NCBI GenBank assembly: GCA_043805415.1
Contig: JAZDHZ010000010.1
Span: forward strand, 1 to 60,274
Reading direction: 5' to 3'
DNA from: Candidatus Omnitrophota bacterium
Lineage (GTDB): Bacteria; Omnitrophota; Gorgyraeia; B26-G9
Length of the DNA: 60,274 bases
Below the pieces are notes generated by a model. That model made no database searches. It was not told the origin of the DNA and saw only the letters and a program-made list of their open reading frames with translations. The stretch's first letter is position 1; each line of letters starts with the position of its first letter. Shown here piece by piece: positions 18,214-26,709 of the stretch. The position numbers were made by a program, and so were the translations under genes.

Positions 18214-20937
18214 TTATATTGATGAATTAAGTATGGCAGGAGAAAATATCGTTATTTTTGATGGTTCTGATTTTGGCTGGAGTCTTGTTTTCTCTGTTGA
18301 TATTTTGAAGACAGTCTCAGAATTTTGCGGATAGCGCGGAGCAATGTCTTTTCTGATTAAGACTAAAAGCTGGCTGAGTTTTTTTGATAATTCCCAGGCT
18401 TTTTCTTTTAGTGAGATATCCTTTTTTGATAATACCGAATCTACAATATCAAAATACTTTTCATCCTCGGGTTTAATTATAGGCGAAAACCCCATAATTT
18501 TTTTGTATAATACCATATTTTGCAATCCATCGGGTAAAGATATTAAGCCGGTTAATGAGGAATATCCTGCAATTTCAGCTCGCGCAGTAATTTCTTTGTA
18601 TAAAGTTTTTATTACTCCCGCGGATTTGGGAAAACTTTTAAGCTCCTGGGAGGGGTATTTATTCCGAGGGTAAGAGCTTAGGGCTGCTAGAATTGTTTCT
18701 TGCTCCTGAGCTAAATCAATATCAGCTAATTGCTTTAAGACAATAGTTATTTCTTTCGCGGTTAATCCTACGCAGGCATTAGAAAATTTTTCAAGCACAG
18801 GGTCAAGATCAAGCTGAATATTGTTTACTAAAAGAGATTTTAGAGTTTGTTTTAAGTTATTAGCAGCGTCTTCATATCCGTAGCGGGATGTTAGTACGTG
18901 TTGAGTCATAATGACTCTTTCTTCTTGTCCCGCGGGAGTTTCCAAACTGATTCTTCCGATAATCAGTGTATTGATTCCGATACTGCGTCCATCATATAAT
19001 GTAAGTTTACCTGTCTGGCCTGCCGGAGTGTTAACAAAAATATCATAACTATCCAGATACTCCTGGTTGGCATCCTTTCCCAATAGACTAATAGTGACTT
19101 TTGAGCTTGGGCCTTTTTTAATGCTTATTTGGGGAGAATTAAATACCGGTTTAAATCCTTTGGAAATAACCGGCTGTAAATTGTTTACAAATTTATGAAA
19201 TTGTTGCCTTTGCCATTGTTCTGGTTTTTGCGTGGCTTTAAGGATGAGGAAAAGTATTGTTCTGTGCCCAGCCATTTGATATAAAAAATCATACAAATCA
19301 GGATTTTGTTTTATCAGCATAAGCTTGTTAATATATTGTTTAAAAAAAGGATTGCGTAAATATTGATGGACAAAAATATAAAACATAGCGTCGCGATGCC
19401 CGGCAAAATTCTTTTGGGTTATAGCAATATCAAAGCCTTTTCCTTTTAGCAAATCCGCAACTTCTTCCGTAATTCGGGAATGTTCCTGAGTGTCCATGTA
19501 AAAAAATGAGCCGTTATCTTTTAACGCTTGCCGTTTAGTTATATATTCAATCGCGCTTTTTTTCGCATCGGGGCTCATAAGCCGCAAGGATGCGGTGGAA
19601 AGCATAAAATCGAATTTTTCCTTTGAGAGAACAGTGGGAAAGTCGCGTACGTTTGCAGTGACTTGTTGGACTTTTTCATACAGGTTGTTAGGCAGAGTTT
19701 CTTTGCGTCTCTTATCTGCTGTAGAGTTTGAATTTTGGCTTCGGTCGTATTCAATGAGTTTGTTAACTGAAGGAATATTTTGTAAAATATTATTTACAAG
19801 AACTCCTGACCCTGTCGCAAATACAAGTAAATCCTGCTTTTCGGTTTTTTGAATTGATTCTTCTTTTATGGCATTAACCAGAAAATCTTCCTGAGAGCGC
19901 TTGGTGTCAAGGGCTAAGCATCTTAAAACCCCGGGGTCTTTAAAAATCACGCCATCTTTATATAAGGTTGTATATTCTGGAGTAAAAAGTGTATTTTGAT
20001 CCTGCCGATAAAGCAGATCAAAAAATCCATGCCAAAATCGTTCTTCTATAAGGATTCTTTCAGTATCTTTTAAATCAATATCATGAAAAAGCTGATCAAA
20101 TATGGCATTGCTGGAAATTGCTTCCCTTAATATTATTCGTTGGCCTTGCGTTGGGATTTCTGAAGAAACTGATAGATATAGTTGTTGGTTTTCTTCACCG
20201 ATTGAAAACATCTCCCCTAGTCCAGCAGAATATATATTTAATTTTAGTTTTTCCAGGGAGTTCTTATCAATCTCAAGCAGTGTGCCAGCAAGATTAAAGG
20301 CTACTTTTTGTTTTGCCTTGGCTTTTTCTAATAGTTTTTCTACAGCTTGCAGTCCAGTGATTCCAATATGTCTAATAGTTACAAGTTCAGAATTTTGCGC
20401 ATCCTCAAATAGAGCGTAAGCTGCTTTTAAATGTTCTTCGCTTGAAGCGTTTTCTAATAAATTAAGCCCCATTTCAGCACTTTGATAATTAGATTTGGGA
20501 AAAAGAAATGAATATGCTATTCCAAATGCTGTACCGCCTAATACTACACTGCTGATAAAAGGAGTTAAATTCGGATAGAATTGAATCCCTGCTATAGCAC
20601 CCAATATGCTTCCGGCAAATATGGTGATTACCCGCATAAGTGATCGGGAACCATTATAATTTTTCTCGAGATGTAACAATCCCCCTGGGCCCTTTGTTTG
20701 TCTTTGCAGTAATTCTAAGGGGTCAATTTTACTGTCATCAGGTAAAGTATAGGAAGCAAGCAGTTTTAAGGTGCTTGATCGCATTTGCGTTGAGGATATT
20801 TTGATTTGGGGAGATAGCATGGCTGAAGAGCCATTATTAATGCCAGAGCGCATTGTTTCTGAATGCGCATAGGCTAGGTTTGAGCTAAGCAGCGCGTTTA
20901 TAAGACATAAAGTAAGAAGTTTTTTTAATTTAGGCAT
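18214..20937 (-). CDS. Large orphan membrane-anchored protein with a possible Rossmann/SAM-methyltransferase-like core
   Basis: 907 aa. Signal peptide, two Gly-rich TM helices (ITIFAGSILGAIAGIQFY, VVLGGTAFGIAYSFLF), a central LLVFATGSGVLVNNIL (motif I-like) and FDFMLSTASLRLM. No confident family assignment. Confidence 0.35.
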   Translation of the reverse strand: MPKLKKLLTLCLINALLSSNLAYAHSETMRSGINNGSSAMLSPQIKISSTQMRSSTLKLLASYTLPDDSKIDPLELLQRQTKGPGGLLHLEKNYNGSRSLMRVITIFAGSILGAIAGIQFYPNLTPFISSVVLGGTAFGIAYSFLFPKSNYQSAEMGLNLLENASSEEHLKAAYALFEDAQNSELVTIRHIGITGLQAVEKLLEKAKAKQKVAFNLAGTLLEIDKNSLEKLKLNIYSAGLGEMFSIGEENQQLYLSVSSEIPTQGQRIILREAISSNAIFDQLFHDIDLKDTERILIEERFWHGFFDLLYRQDQNTLFTPEYTTLYKDGVIFKDPGVLRCLALDTKRSQEDFLVNAIKEESIQKTEKQDLLVFATGSGVLVNNILQNIPSVNKLIEYDRSQNSNSTADKRRKETLPNNLYEKVQQVTANVRDFPTVLSKEKFDFMLSTASLRLMSPDAKKSAIEYITKRQALKDNGSFFYMDTQEHSRITEEVADLLKGKGFDIAITQKNFAGHRDAMFYIFVHQYLRNPFFKQYINKLMLIKQNPDLYDFLYQMAGHRTILFLILKATQKPEQWQRQQFHKFVNNLQPVISKGFKPVFNSPQISIKKGPSSKVTISLLGKDANQEYLDSYDIFVNTPAGQTGKLTLYDGRSIGINTLIIGRISLETPAGQEERVIMTQHVLTSRYGYEDAANNLKQTLKSLLVNNIQLDLDPVLEKFSNACVGLTAKEITIVLKQLADIDLAQEQETILAALSSYPRNKYPSQELKSFPKSAGVIKTLYKEITARAEIAGYSSLTGLISLPDGLQNMVLYKKIMGFSPIIKPEDEKYFDIVDSVLSKKDISLKEKAWELSKKLSQLLVLIRKDIAPRYPQNSETVFKISTEKTRLQPKSEPSKITIFSPAILNSSI

Positions 20938-20989
20938 CGTATCTCCGTAAAAATAAAGTTATAAAATATACCATATTTTTAGACTTAAT

Positions 20990-21084
20990 GCAACGGGTGA
21001 TTAATGGAAATAGAAAATAAAGGACACAATAATAGCTCATGGCTGATAGTCAATAGTAAAAAGTAGAAAGTTATAAAGTTCATA
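20990..21084. repeat. Mosaic intergenic 'word' repeat region R4
   Basis: Contains AATAGCTCATGGCTGATAGTCAATAG, words shared with R3, R5, R7 and R8. Confidence 0.45.
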
Positions 21085-21311
21085 AGGCTCAACCATGTTC
21101 ATGAAATAATAAATATTGTAGGGAACAACCGTGTTGACCCGATGCAAAAATAATAATCTGATACCATTCAATAAACGTTTTTTTGCAACGTAATTTCTAT
21201 GACCATATCATTCGCGACGATAAAGCATTAAATAAAATTCGCGAATATATTGTTAATAATCCCGCAACATGGGATAATGATAAACATAATCCAAATAATA
21301 AAAACATCTAA
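21085..21311 (+). pseudogene. Decayed RAYT (IS200-like Y1 transposase) remnant
   Basis: LNHVHEIINIVGN (HUH region, 21088..) followed by a stop. A second frame from 21186 reads QRNFYDHIIRDDKALNKIREYIVNNPATWDNDKHNPNNKNI*. The N-terminal third is missing, and frameshifts and stops are present. Confidence 0.75.
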
Positions 21312-21363
21312 GTTGCTCTAGGCAATCGGGACACAGCCTGAGCTCAAACGTCATACAAATAGA

Positions 21364-21921
21364 ATGGGGGGCGCAATGATGAAAAGAATGCGGATGAGCA
21401 AAGCATTTACTCTGATAGAGCCGGGACCAGTTGTTCTTGTGACGACAAACAATGGTAAGAAGAACAATATAATGACAATCTCCTGGACCATGGTGATGAG
21501 CTTCACGCCGGTATTTGCCATAACCACGGGATCCTGGAACTATTCTTATGCCGCGCTTGAGAAATCCCGAGAATGCGTAATCGCGATTCCCACTGTGGAT
21601 ATGATTGATCAGGTTGTGGGCGTGGGAACATGTTCCGGGGCTGACACAGACAAATTTAAAAAGTTTGGACTAACTGCTGTAAAGGCAAAGCAGGTAAGGC
21701 CGCCTTTGATTAAGGAATGCCTGGCAAATATCGAATGTAAAGTTATTGATATCATAAAAAAGCACAATATTATTGTGCTCGAGGGAGTTGCCGTGTACTT
21801 TGATGGTTTAAGAAAAGAGCAAAGAACTATTCACGCAATCGGCGACGGCACCTTTGTAGTAGACGGACGAAAGCTGAATAGGAAGAAAATGATGCGGATG
21901 TGGCTTCCGGATGGGGTGTGA
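21364..21921 (+). CDS. Flavin reductase-like FMN-binding protein
   Basis: VVLVTTNNGKKNNIMTISWTM is a typical Flavin_Reduct split-barrel signature. The start could instead be the ATG at 21376, after the G-rich RBS. Confidence 0.75.
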   Translation: MGGAMMKRMRMSKAFTLIEPGPVVLVTTNNGKKNNIMTISWTMVMSFTPVFAITTGSWNYSYAALEKSRECVIAIPTVDMIDQVVGVGTCSGADTDKFKKFGLTAVKAKQVRPPLIKECLANIECKVIDIIKKHNIIVLEGVAVYFDGLRKEQRTIHAIGDGTFVVDGRKLNRKKMMRMWLPDGV

Positions 21922-22160
21922 AAAGAGCAGCGAATAGCGTGTAGCGTTTAGGGATTAGGAAAAGCAGGAAGCTCTTCGCGCTTAGCTCGTAGCTAATAGT
22001 AAAAGCAAAAGCTTAAAACGCTTGGCTTATAGCTAATAGTCCATGGCTTATGGATGAAGACAGAAGACAAAGCTTGGCTCATGGCTTATAGTCCATGGTT
22101 AAAAGCGGAAAGCAATTGACTATCGACCATTAGCCATTGAACTGGTGACTTTGAATGCTG
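21922..22160. repeat. Mosaic intergenic 'word' repeat region R5
   Basis: 21925..21950 matches 437..461 (2 mismatches). 21961..21994 matches 13943..13976. 22120..22140 matches 26684..26704 (1 mismatch). ACTGGTGACTTTG is shared with 6374..6386. Confidence 0.75.
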
Positions 22161-22193
22161 CTTCTTCATCAATAGAGCAAACTACATAAATCA

Positions 22194-22222
22194 TTGACAA
22201 TACGTACGGCATGTGGTACGCT
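22194..22222 (+). promoter_or_regulatory. yefM-yoeB promoter (TTGACA-17-TACGCT) with two GTAC operator cores
   Basis: TTGACA at 22194..22199 and TACGCT at 22217..22222. GTAC cores at 22204..22207 and 22216..22219 are 12 bp apart, in and around the spacer. Confidence 0.5.
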
Positions 22223-22242
22223 TTAAGTAAAAGGAGACTGTT

Positions 22243-22485
22243 ATGACCACTTTAACCGCGAGCCAGGCGCGAAGCATATTATATAAATTATTAGACACAA
22301 CAGCTTTATCTCATGAACCAATACAAATTACCGGAAAAAGAAATAATGCTGTTTTAATCTCTGAAGATGACTGGAGAGCAATTCAGGAAACCTTATATCT
22401 TGTTTCAATTCCGGGAATGCGGGAGTCTATTCTCAAGGGCTTAAAAACTCCGCTTAAAGAATGCGGCAAGAAATTGACATGGTGA
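22243..22485 (+). CDS. yefM: Phd/YefM-family antitoxin
   Basis: MTTLTASQARSILYKLLDTTALSHEPIQITGKRNNAVLISEDDWRAIQETLYL is a classic YefM N-domain. It overlaps the toxin gene. Confidence 0.9.
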   Translation: MTTLTASQARSILYKLLDTTALSHEPIQITGKRNNAVLISEDDWRAIQETLYLVSIPGMRESILKGLKTPLKECGKKLTW

Positions 22486-22745
22486 GCTGGAAAATAGTTT
22501 ATACAAAGCAATCTCTGAAAGACGCGAAAAAATTATCTGCCGCCGGATTGCGCTCTAAAGCGGAAAGCCTCCTGGAAATTATAAAGGAAAATCCCTTCAA
22601 GACTCCTCCTCCGTTTGAAAAACTAGTCGGTGATTTAACCGGTGCCTATTCAAGAAGAATAAATATCCAGCATCGAATTATTTATCAGGTATTGAAAAAA
22701 TACAAAACAATAAAAATTATCCGCCTGTGGACTCATTATGAGTAA
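22479..22745 (+). CDS. yoeB: Txe/YoeB-family toxin (ribosome-dependent mRNA interferase)
   Basis: WKIVYTKQSLKDAKKL..., SRRINIQHRIIYQV and a C-terminal RLWTHYE (the YoeB HY tail). The ATG at 22479 overlaps the yefM stop. Confidence 0.85.
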   Translation: MVSWKIVYTKQSLKDAKKLSAAGLRSKAESLLEIIKENPFKTPPPFEKLVGDLTGAYSRRINIQHRIIYQVLKKYKTIKIIRLWTHYE

Positions 22746-22749
22746 AAAT

Positions 22750-22967
22750 AGTATTGCGTATCGCGTATTGAGTATTGCGTGGAACCGAAGGATGAGGGAC
22801 GAAGGGCGCAAAAGCAGTTATGAATTACTAATTATGAGTTATGAGTGAAAAGCAGCGGATAGCGTATAGCGATTAGCGTTTAGACAAGTTACAGTATTGA
22901 GTATTGCATGTCTCATTAGTTAGCTGTTAGTTTTTTACGCAATACACACGACGCGATACGCAATACT
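22750..22967. repeat. MITE-like 218-bp element with 31-bp terminal inverted repeats (region R6)
   Basis: The left arm 22750..22780 (AGTATTGCGTATCGCGTATTGAGTATTGCGT) matches the reverse complement of the right arm 22937..22967 at 28 of 31 positions. The interior carries modules shared with R3, R1 and R5. Confidence 0.65.
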
Positions 22968-22982
22968 GTAACGATTGACTAT

Positions 22983-23762
22983 TCACTGATTATTGGCGGG
23001 TTTGGCTTCGGAGAATAGTTTATCCAGTTGCGCGTAGATTTCTTTGGCCTTGTCCGGATTGCCGAGTTTTTTATAGGTTTCGGCAAGGAAAGTATAAATA
23101 ACTCTTTTGTTAAATCTATCGGCATTATGCTCATCGCTTAATATTTTAGCGCGTTTAAAGTAATAATTAGCATTGGGATAATCTTTTTTATTCATAAAAT
23201 AAGTTTCGCCCAGTTCCGCGTATATTTTCCAGGAATCAGGATTATTTTTAAGCCCGGATTGAAGAAGGTTTATTGCTTCCTCGATTTTGTCCAAGTGGCT
23301 GGCCAGCCAATATCCGCCAAGGCAATAAGCGGATTCATTATGCGGATTTAATTTAATCGCGTAATAAAACCAGGGAATAATTTCCTTTTGCTCATTTGCC
23401 GCTAAATGGCGATGGCTGGTTATCCTCAGGGATTGGCTGATATTAAGCAACGGGTTAATAAAGTTTTGCTTACTTGCTGGTTCCGGCTGATCGTGATCAT
23501 GATCGTGTTCAGCTTCATGTTCATCATGCGCTTCCAATCCTCCTGGGCAAAGCCGGCCGCTGGCATGAAAATAGGCGTCTGCCTGGAGATAGGATAAATC
23601 TGAAAGATATTCCCGAAACTCTCCAAAGGTTTTATAAAATAGCTGACTGTTTAATCCGCTGGCGCCTTTTTGGCTGAGGAATTCCTGACTATAAGTATCG
23701 ATTCTAAGACAAAGCAGAATAATAAATAAGGCAGCGATGATAAAAAAAACGCAGTTCTTCAT
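22983..23762 (-). CDS. TPR-repeat protein with an N-terminal TM anchor and a His/Asp/Glu-rich segment
   Basis: TM helix (VFFIIAALFIILLCL), an HDEHEAEHDHDHDQ tract, and C-terminal TPR-like repeats (AYCLGGYWLA, AELGETYF, ANYYFKRA, FLAETYKKLGNPDKA). Confidence 0.6.
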   Translation of the reverse strand: MKNCVFFIIAALFIILLCLRIDTYSQEFLSQKGASGLNSQLFYKTFGEFREYLSDLSYLQADAYFHASGRLCPGGLEAHDEHEAEHDHDHDQPEPASKQNFINPLLNISQSLRITSHRHLAANEQKEIIPWFYYAIKLNPHNESAYCLGGYWLASHLDKIEEAINLLQSGLKNNPDSWKIYAELGETYFMNKKDYPNANYYFKRAKILSDEHNADRFNKRVIYTFLAETYKKLGNPDKAKEIYAQLDKLFSEAKPANNQ

Positions 23763-24533
23763 TTAAAGACTTTTTCTTTTAAACAGCATACTGGTTATCC
23801 AGATTATCAGTCCTGTGTATAAAACAGTGTATATTGATATGGCAGTTATTGTCCAAAGCGGTAATGGCTCCCAGAGGTGAATTAGCCTGATGCGCAGGTC
23901 ATAGAACTCAAAGTGGGGTAAGATATAGTATAACAGAGAGTATAGATAAGTTAGTTTTCCCGAAGCCAGGACAAGTATTTTTCTTAAAGCTTCATTGTAC
24001 CAGAACATGAAAAAATAAAGCGAAAAGCTTATGGCAATGTTCGCGGAAATGGTCAGAAATAAAGAAAATAAAATCGCGAAACTGGAAAGCAAGGCCAACA
24101 GGAGAAGGCTCAGCCAGTAATATTGCGCGAGTAAGATTAAACTAGTATGCTCGCCTTTGCTAAGAATAAAAATAAGATACAAACAATAAAAAGCGGAAAA
24201 GGAGATAACGGAAATAAATAAACTGCCGACAAATTTACCGAGAATAAACTGAGTCCGGGAAACCGGCTTAGCGAGCAGCGGATAAATTGTTTTAGATTCT
24301 ATTTCTGCCGGGATTTGCTTGGCTGAGAAACTAATGGTGATAATTAGGGAAAAAAACGATACCAGAGATAAGCCGATATCTTTTAAATAGCGGGAAATAT
24401 CTTTTATGCCGAAAAATGTTTCACTATAGAAAAAAGCCGCTAATCCTGCGAATAGGATTATAAGGATATAAAAATCTTTTTTTCTCAGCAGTTCTTTTAT
24501 TGTGTGCCGCGCTAAAATAAGGATTTTATTCAT
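23763..24533 (-). CDS. ABC-2-type transporter permease
   Basis: 256 aa with six predicted TM helices. It abuts the ATPase gene upstream and the TPR gene downstream. Confidence 0.65.
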   Translation of the reverse strand: MNKILILARHTIKELLRKKDFYILIILFAGLAAFFYSETFFGIKDISRYLKDIGLSLVSFFSLIITISFSAKQIPAEIESKTIYPLLAKPVSRTQFILGKFVGSLFISVISFSAFYCLYLIFILSKGEHTSLILLAQYYWLSLLLLALLSSFAILFSLFLTISANIAISFSLYFFMFWYNEALRKILVLASGKLTYLYSLLYYILPHFEFYDLRIRLIHLWEPLPLWTITAISIYTVLYTGLIIWITSMLFKRKSL

Positions 24534-25272
24534 TTTTCACCAAGTCAAAGAAATATTGTTCCAGGGTTATGGCCGCGCCTTTTTCATTCATAATCTCATG
24601 GGGTTTGGTTTCTTTTAATATTTTTCCGTCTTTAAGAATAATCACTTTATCGGAAATAATTTCCGCTTCGGAAAGTTCATGCGAAGAGAAAAAAATGGTT
24701 TTTCCTTTGGCTTTTAAATCAAGCAGGATTGCGCGCATATTCATCCTGGCAATCGGGTCAAATCCGGTGGTTGGTTCGTCTAAGATCAGCAAATCAGGGT
24801 CATTGATCAAGCATTGGGCAAAGCTTACTTTCTGGAGCATACCTTTGGAAAAAACCTTCATCAAAGTATTGGCCTGCTTAGTTAAATCAACCAGTTCAAG
24901 AATCTGTTCAATCCTTTGCCTAAGCAGTTTGTGAGGAATATAAAAGATTTTTCCGTAAAAATTAAGCAGTTCTTTGGGCGTAAGATACCAGTAGTAATTC
25001 GCGGTTTCCGGCATATAGCCAATGCTTTCGCGGGTAGAGCTCAGGAAAGGTTTTTCCTGAAAAATTAAAACCTCTCCCTTGGCCGGAACCAGCAGTCCGA
25101 GCAGGGCTTTGATCAGGGTTGTTTTTCCCGCGCCGTTTGGGCCGAGAAAGCCGCAGATCTGGCCTTTATCCACGCTAAGGCTGATATTTTGCAGCGCTTT
25201 TTTCTCCAGCCTGCCTTTACCGTAAATAATGTTTAAATTGTTGACGCTAATCACATGTTTCATTATAAACAA
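24526..25272 (-). CDS. ABC transporter ATP-binding protein
   Basis: Walker A GPNGAGKTT, signature FSKGMLQKVSFAQCL, Walker B LLILDEPT. The start may instead be the ATG at 25263. Confidence 0.85.
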   Translation of the reverse strand: MFIMKHVISVNNLNIIYGKGRLEKKALQNISLSVDKGQICGFLGPNGAGKTTLIKALLGLLVPAKGEVLIFQEKPFLSSTRESIGYMPETANYYWYLTPKELLNFYGKIFYIPHKLLRQRIEQILELVDLTKQANTLMKVFSKGMLQKVSFAQCLINDPDLLILDEPTTGFDPIARMNMRAILLDLKAKGKTIFFSSHELSEAEIISDKVIILKDGKILKETKPHEIMNEKGAAITLEQYFFDLVKNE

Positions 25273-25481
25273 AGTTTAACATATGTATTTTTATACTTCA
25301 AGCAGTTATTAATTCAGCGGCTATTATAAGGAAAAGCGCAAACAGTTAATATTCATACTTTGGATTATAAAATCTATTGCCATGGGTTTTTGTTGATATA
25401 CCATTGGTTAAAACTATGGTATAATCTGTTTAAAATAAATAGTAATAATCAAAAAATTGAGCAAATAATAAGGCGGGAATT

Positions 25482-26633
25482 GTGTACATATTGAAAAACA
25501 GAACATTTTTAATTACCTGCGGCAGAGGCATTGTGCCTTATCTGCGCCAAGAAGTTGAACAGCTGGGTTATCCGGTTATCTCGTCGCATGAGACGGGTTT
25601 AGAAATCGAAGCGGATTATGAGGATTGCTATAAGCTGAATCTTTGCCTGCGCACAGCCATGCATGTAATGTATTTAATTAAAAAATTCGCTTGTACCAGT
25701 CCGCAGGAGTTATATGACATAGTAGCGGCTTTGCCTTGGGAAAGCCTGATCAGTCCGGAAGAATATGTCAGCGTGGTATCCATGGCAGATACAAAGCATT
25801 TGAAGAACTCGATGTTTGCCAGTCAAAGAGTAAAAGACGCGATTGTTGATCGGATCACGCGTATATGCGGCAGCCGTCCCAATTCTGGTCCGACAAGAGA
25901 CAATGTGGTAATTAATCTTTTTTGGAAAAATAACCGCTGCTGGCTATATGTAGATACATCAGGTAATAAACTTTCAGACCGCACATACCGCAAGCTTCCG
26001 CATGTCGCTCCTTTGCAGGAAACCCTGGCCGCGGCATTATTATTAGCAGCTGGTTATGATGGTTCAACTGCTTTGGTTAATCCAATGTGCGGCAGCGGAA
26101 CTCTGGCGATTGAAGCGGCCTTGATCGCGCTTAACCGGGCTCCGGGTCTTTTAAGGAGCAATTATGGTTTAATGCATTTAAAGAATTTTAATTCGGATAA
26201 TTGGCAGGCAACGCGTAAACAAATTAAAAAAACAAGCAAACCGCAATTAAAGGCAAAAATTATTGCTTCGGATATTTCTCCCCAAGCAGTGGATACTGCC
26301 AGGAAAAACGCGCAGACTGCCGGAGTAGATCAGGTAATTGAATTTCATGTCTGCGATTTTAGCAAAACTCCCATGCCTGAGCAGGGCGGAATTATGATTA
26401 TGAACCCGGAATACGGCGTTAGAATGGGCCAGGAAATTCAGCTGAGAAATACTTATAAAGATATCGGCAATTTTTTAAAAACAAAGTGCGCTGGATATAA
26501 GGCTTATGTGTTTACCGGCAATATGCGCCTGGCGGATCAGATTCCTTTAGAGCCAGTGAGCGCGAAAGCATTTTCTAATGCCAAAATTGACTGCAAACTG
26601 TTTGAATATGATTTAGCCGCGGAGTATGATTAA
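25482..26633 (+). CDS. THUMP-domain class I SAM-dependent RNA methyltransferase (RlmL/YpsC-like)
   Basis: N-terminal THUMP-like region, PLQETLAAALLLAAGY, SAM motif I MCGSGTLAIEAAL and catalytic IMNPEYG. Confidence 0.8.
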   Translation: MYILKNRTFLITCGRGIVPYLRQEVEQLGYPVISSHETGLEIEADYEDCYKLNLCLRTAMHVMYLIKKFACTSPQELYDIVAALPWESLISPEEYVSVVSMADTKHLKNSMFASQRVKDAIVDRITRICGSRPNSGPTRDNVVINLFWKNNRCWLYVDTSGNKLSDRTYRKLPHVAPLQETLAAALLLAAGYDGSTALVNPMCGSGTLAIEAALIALNRAPGLLRSNYGLMHLKNFNSDNWQATRKQIKKTSKPQLKAKIIASDISPQAVDTARKNAQTAGVDQVIEFHVCDFSKTPMPEQGGIMIMNPEYGVRMGQEIQLRNTYKDIGNFLKTKCAGYKAYVFTGNMRLADQIPLEPVSAKAFSNAKIDCKLFEYDLAAEYD

Positions 26634-26709
26634 ACTCATAGCTCATAGCTGATAGCTCATGGCAAAAAGCAAAAAACTATTAGCTATCGGCCATTAGCCA
26701 TTGACTATT
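26634..26709. repeat. Mosaic intergenic 'word' repeat region R7
   Basis: CTCATAGCTCATAGCTGATAGCTCATGGC words. 26684..26704 matches 22120..22140. It ends in ATTGACTATTC abutting the stop of the minus-strand FKBP gene, as at 22974..22984. Confidence 0.7.

Noticed and set aside
25393-25425. Promoter TTGATA ... TATAAT upstream of the THUMP methyltransferase gene
   Set aside because: The spacer between the hexamers is 21 nt, too long for a functional sigma70 promoter. It is not reported as a feature.
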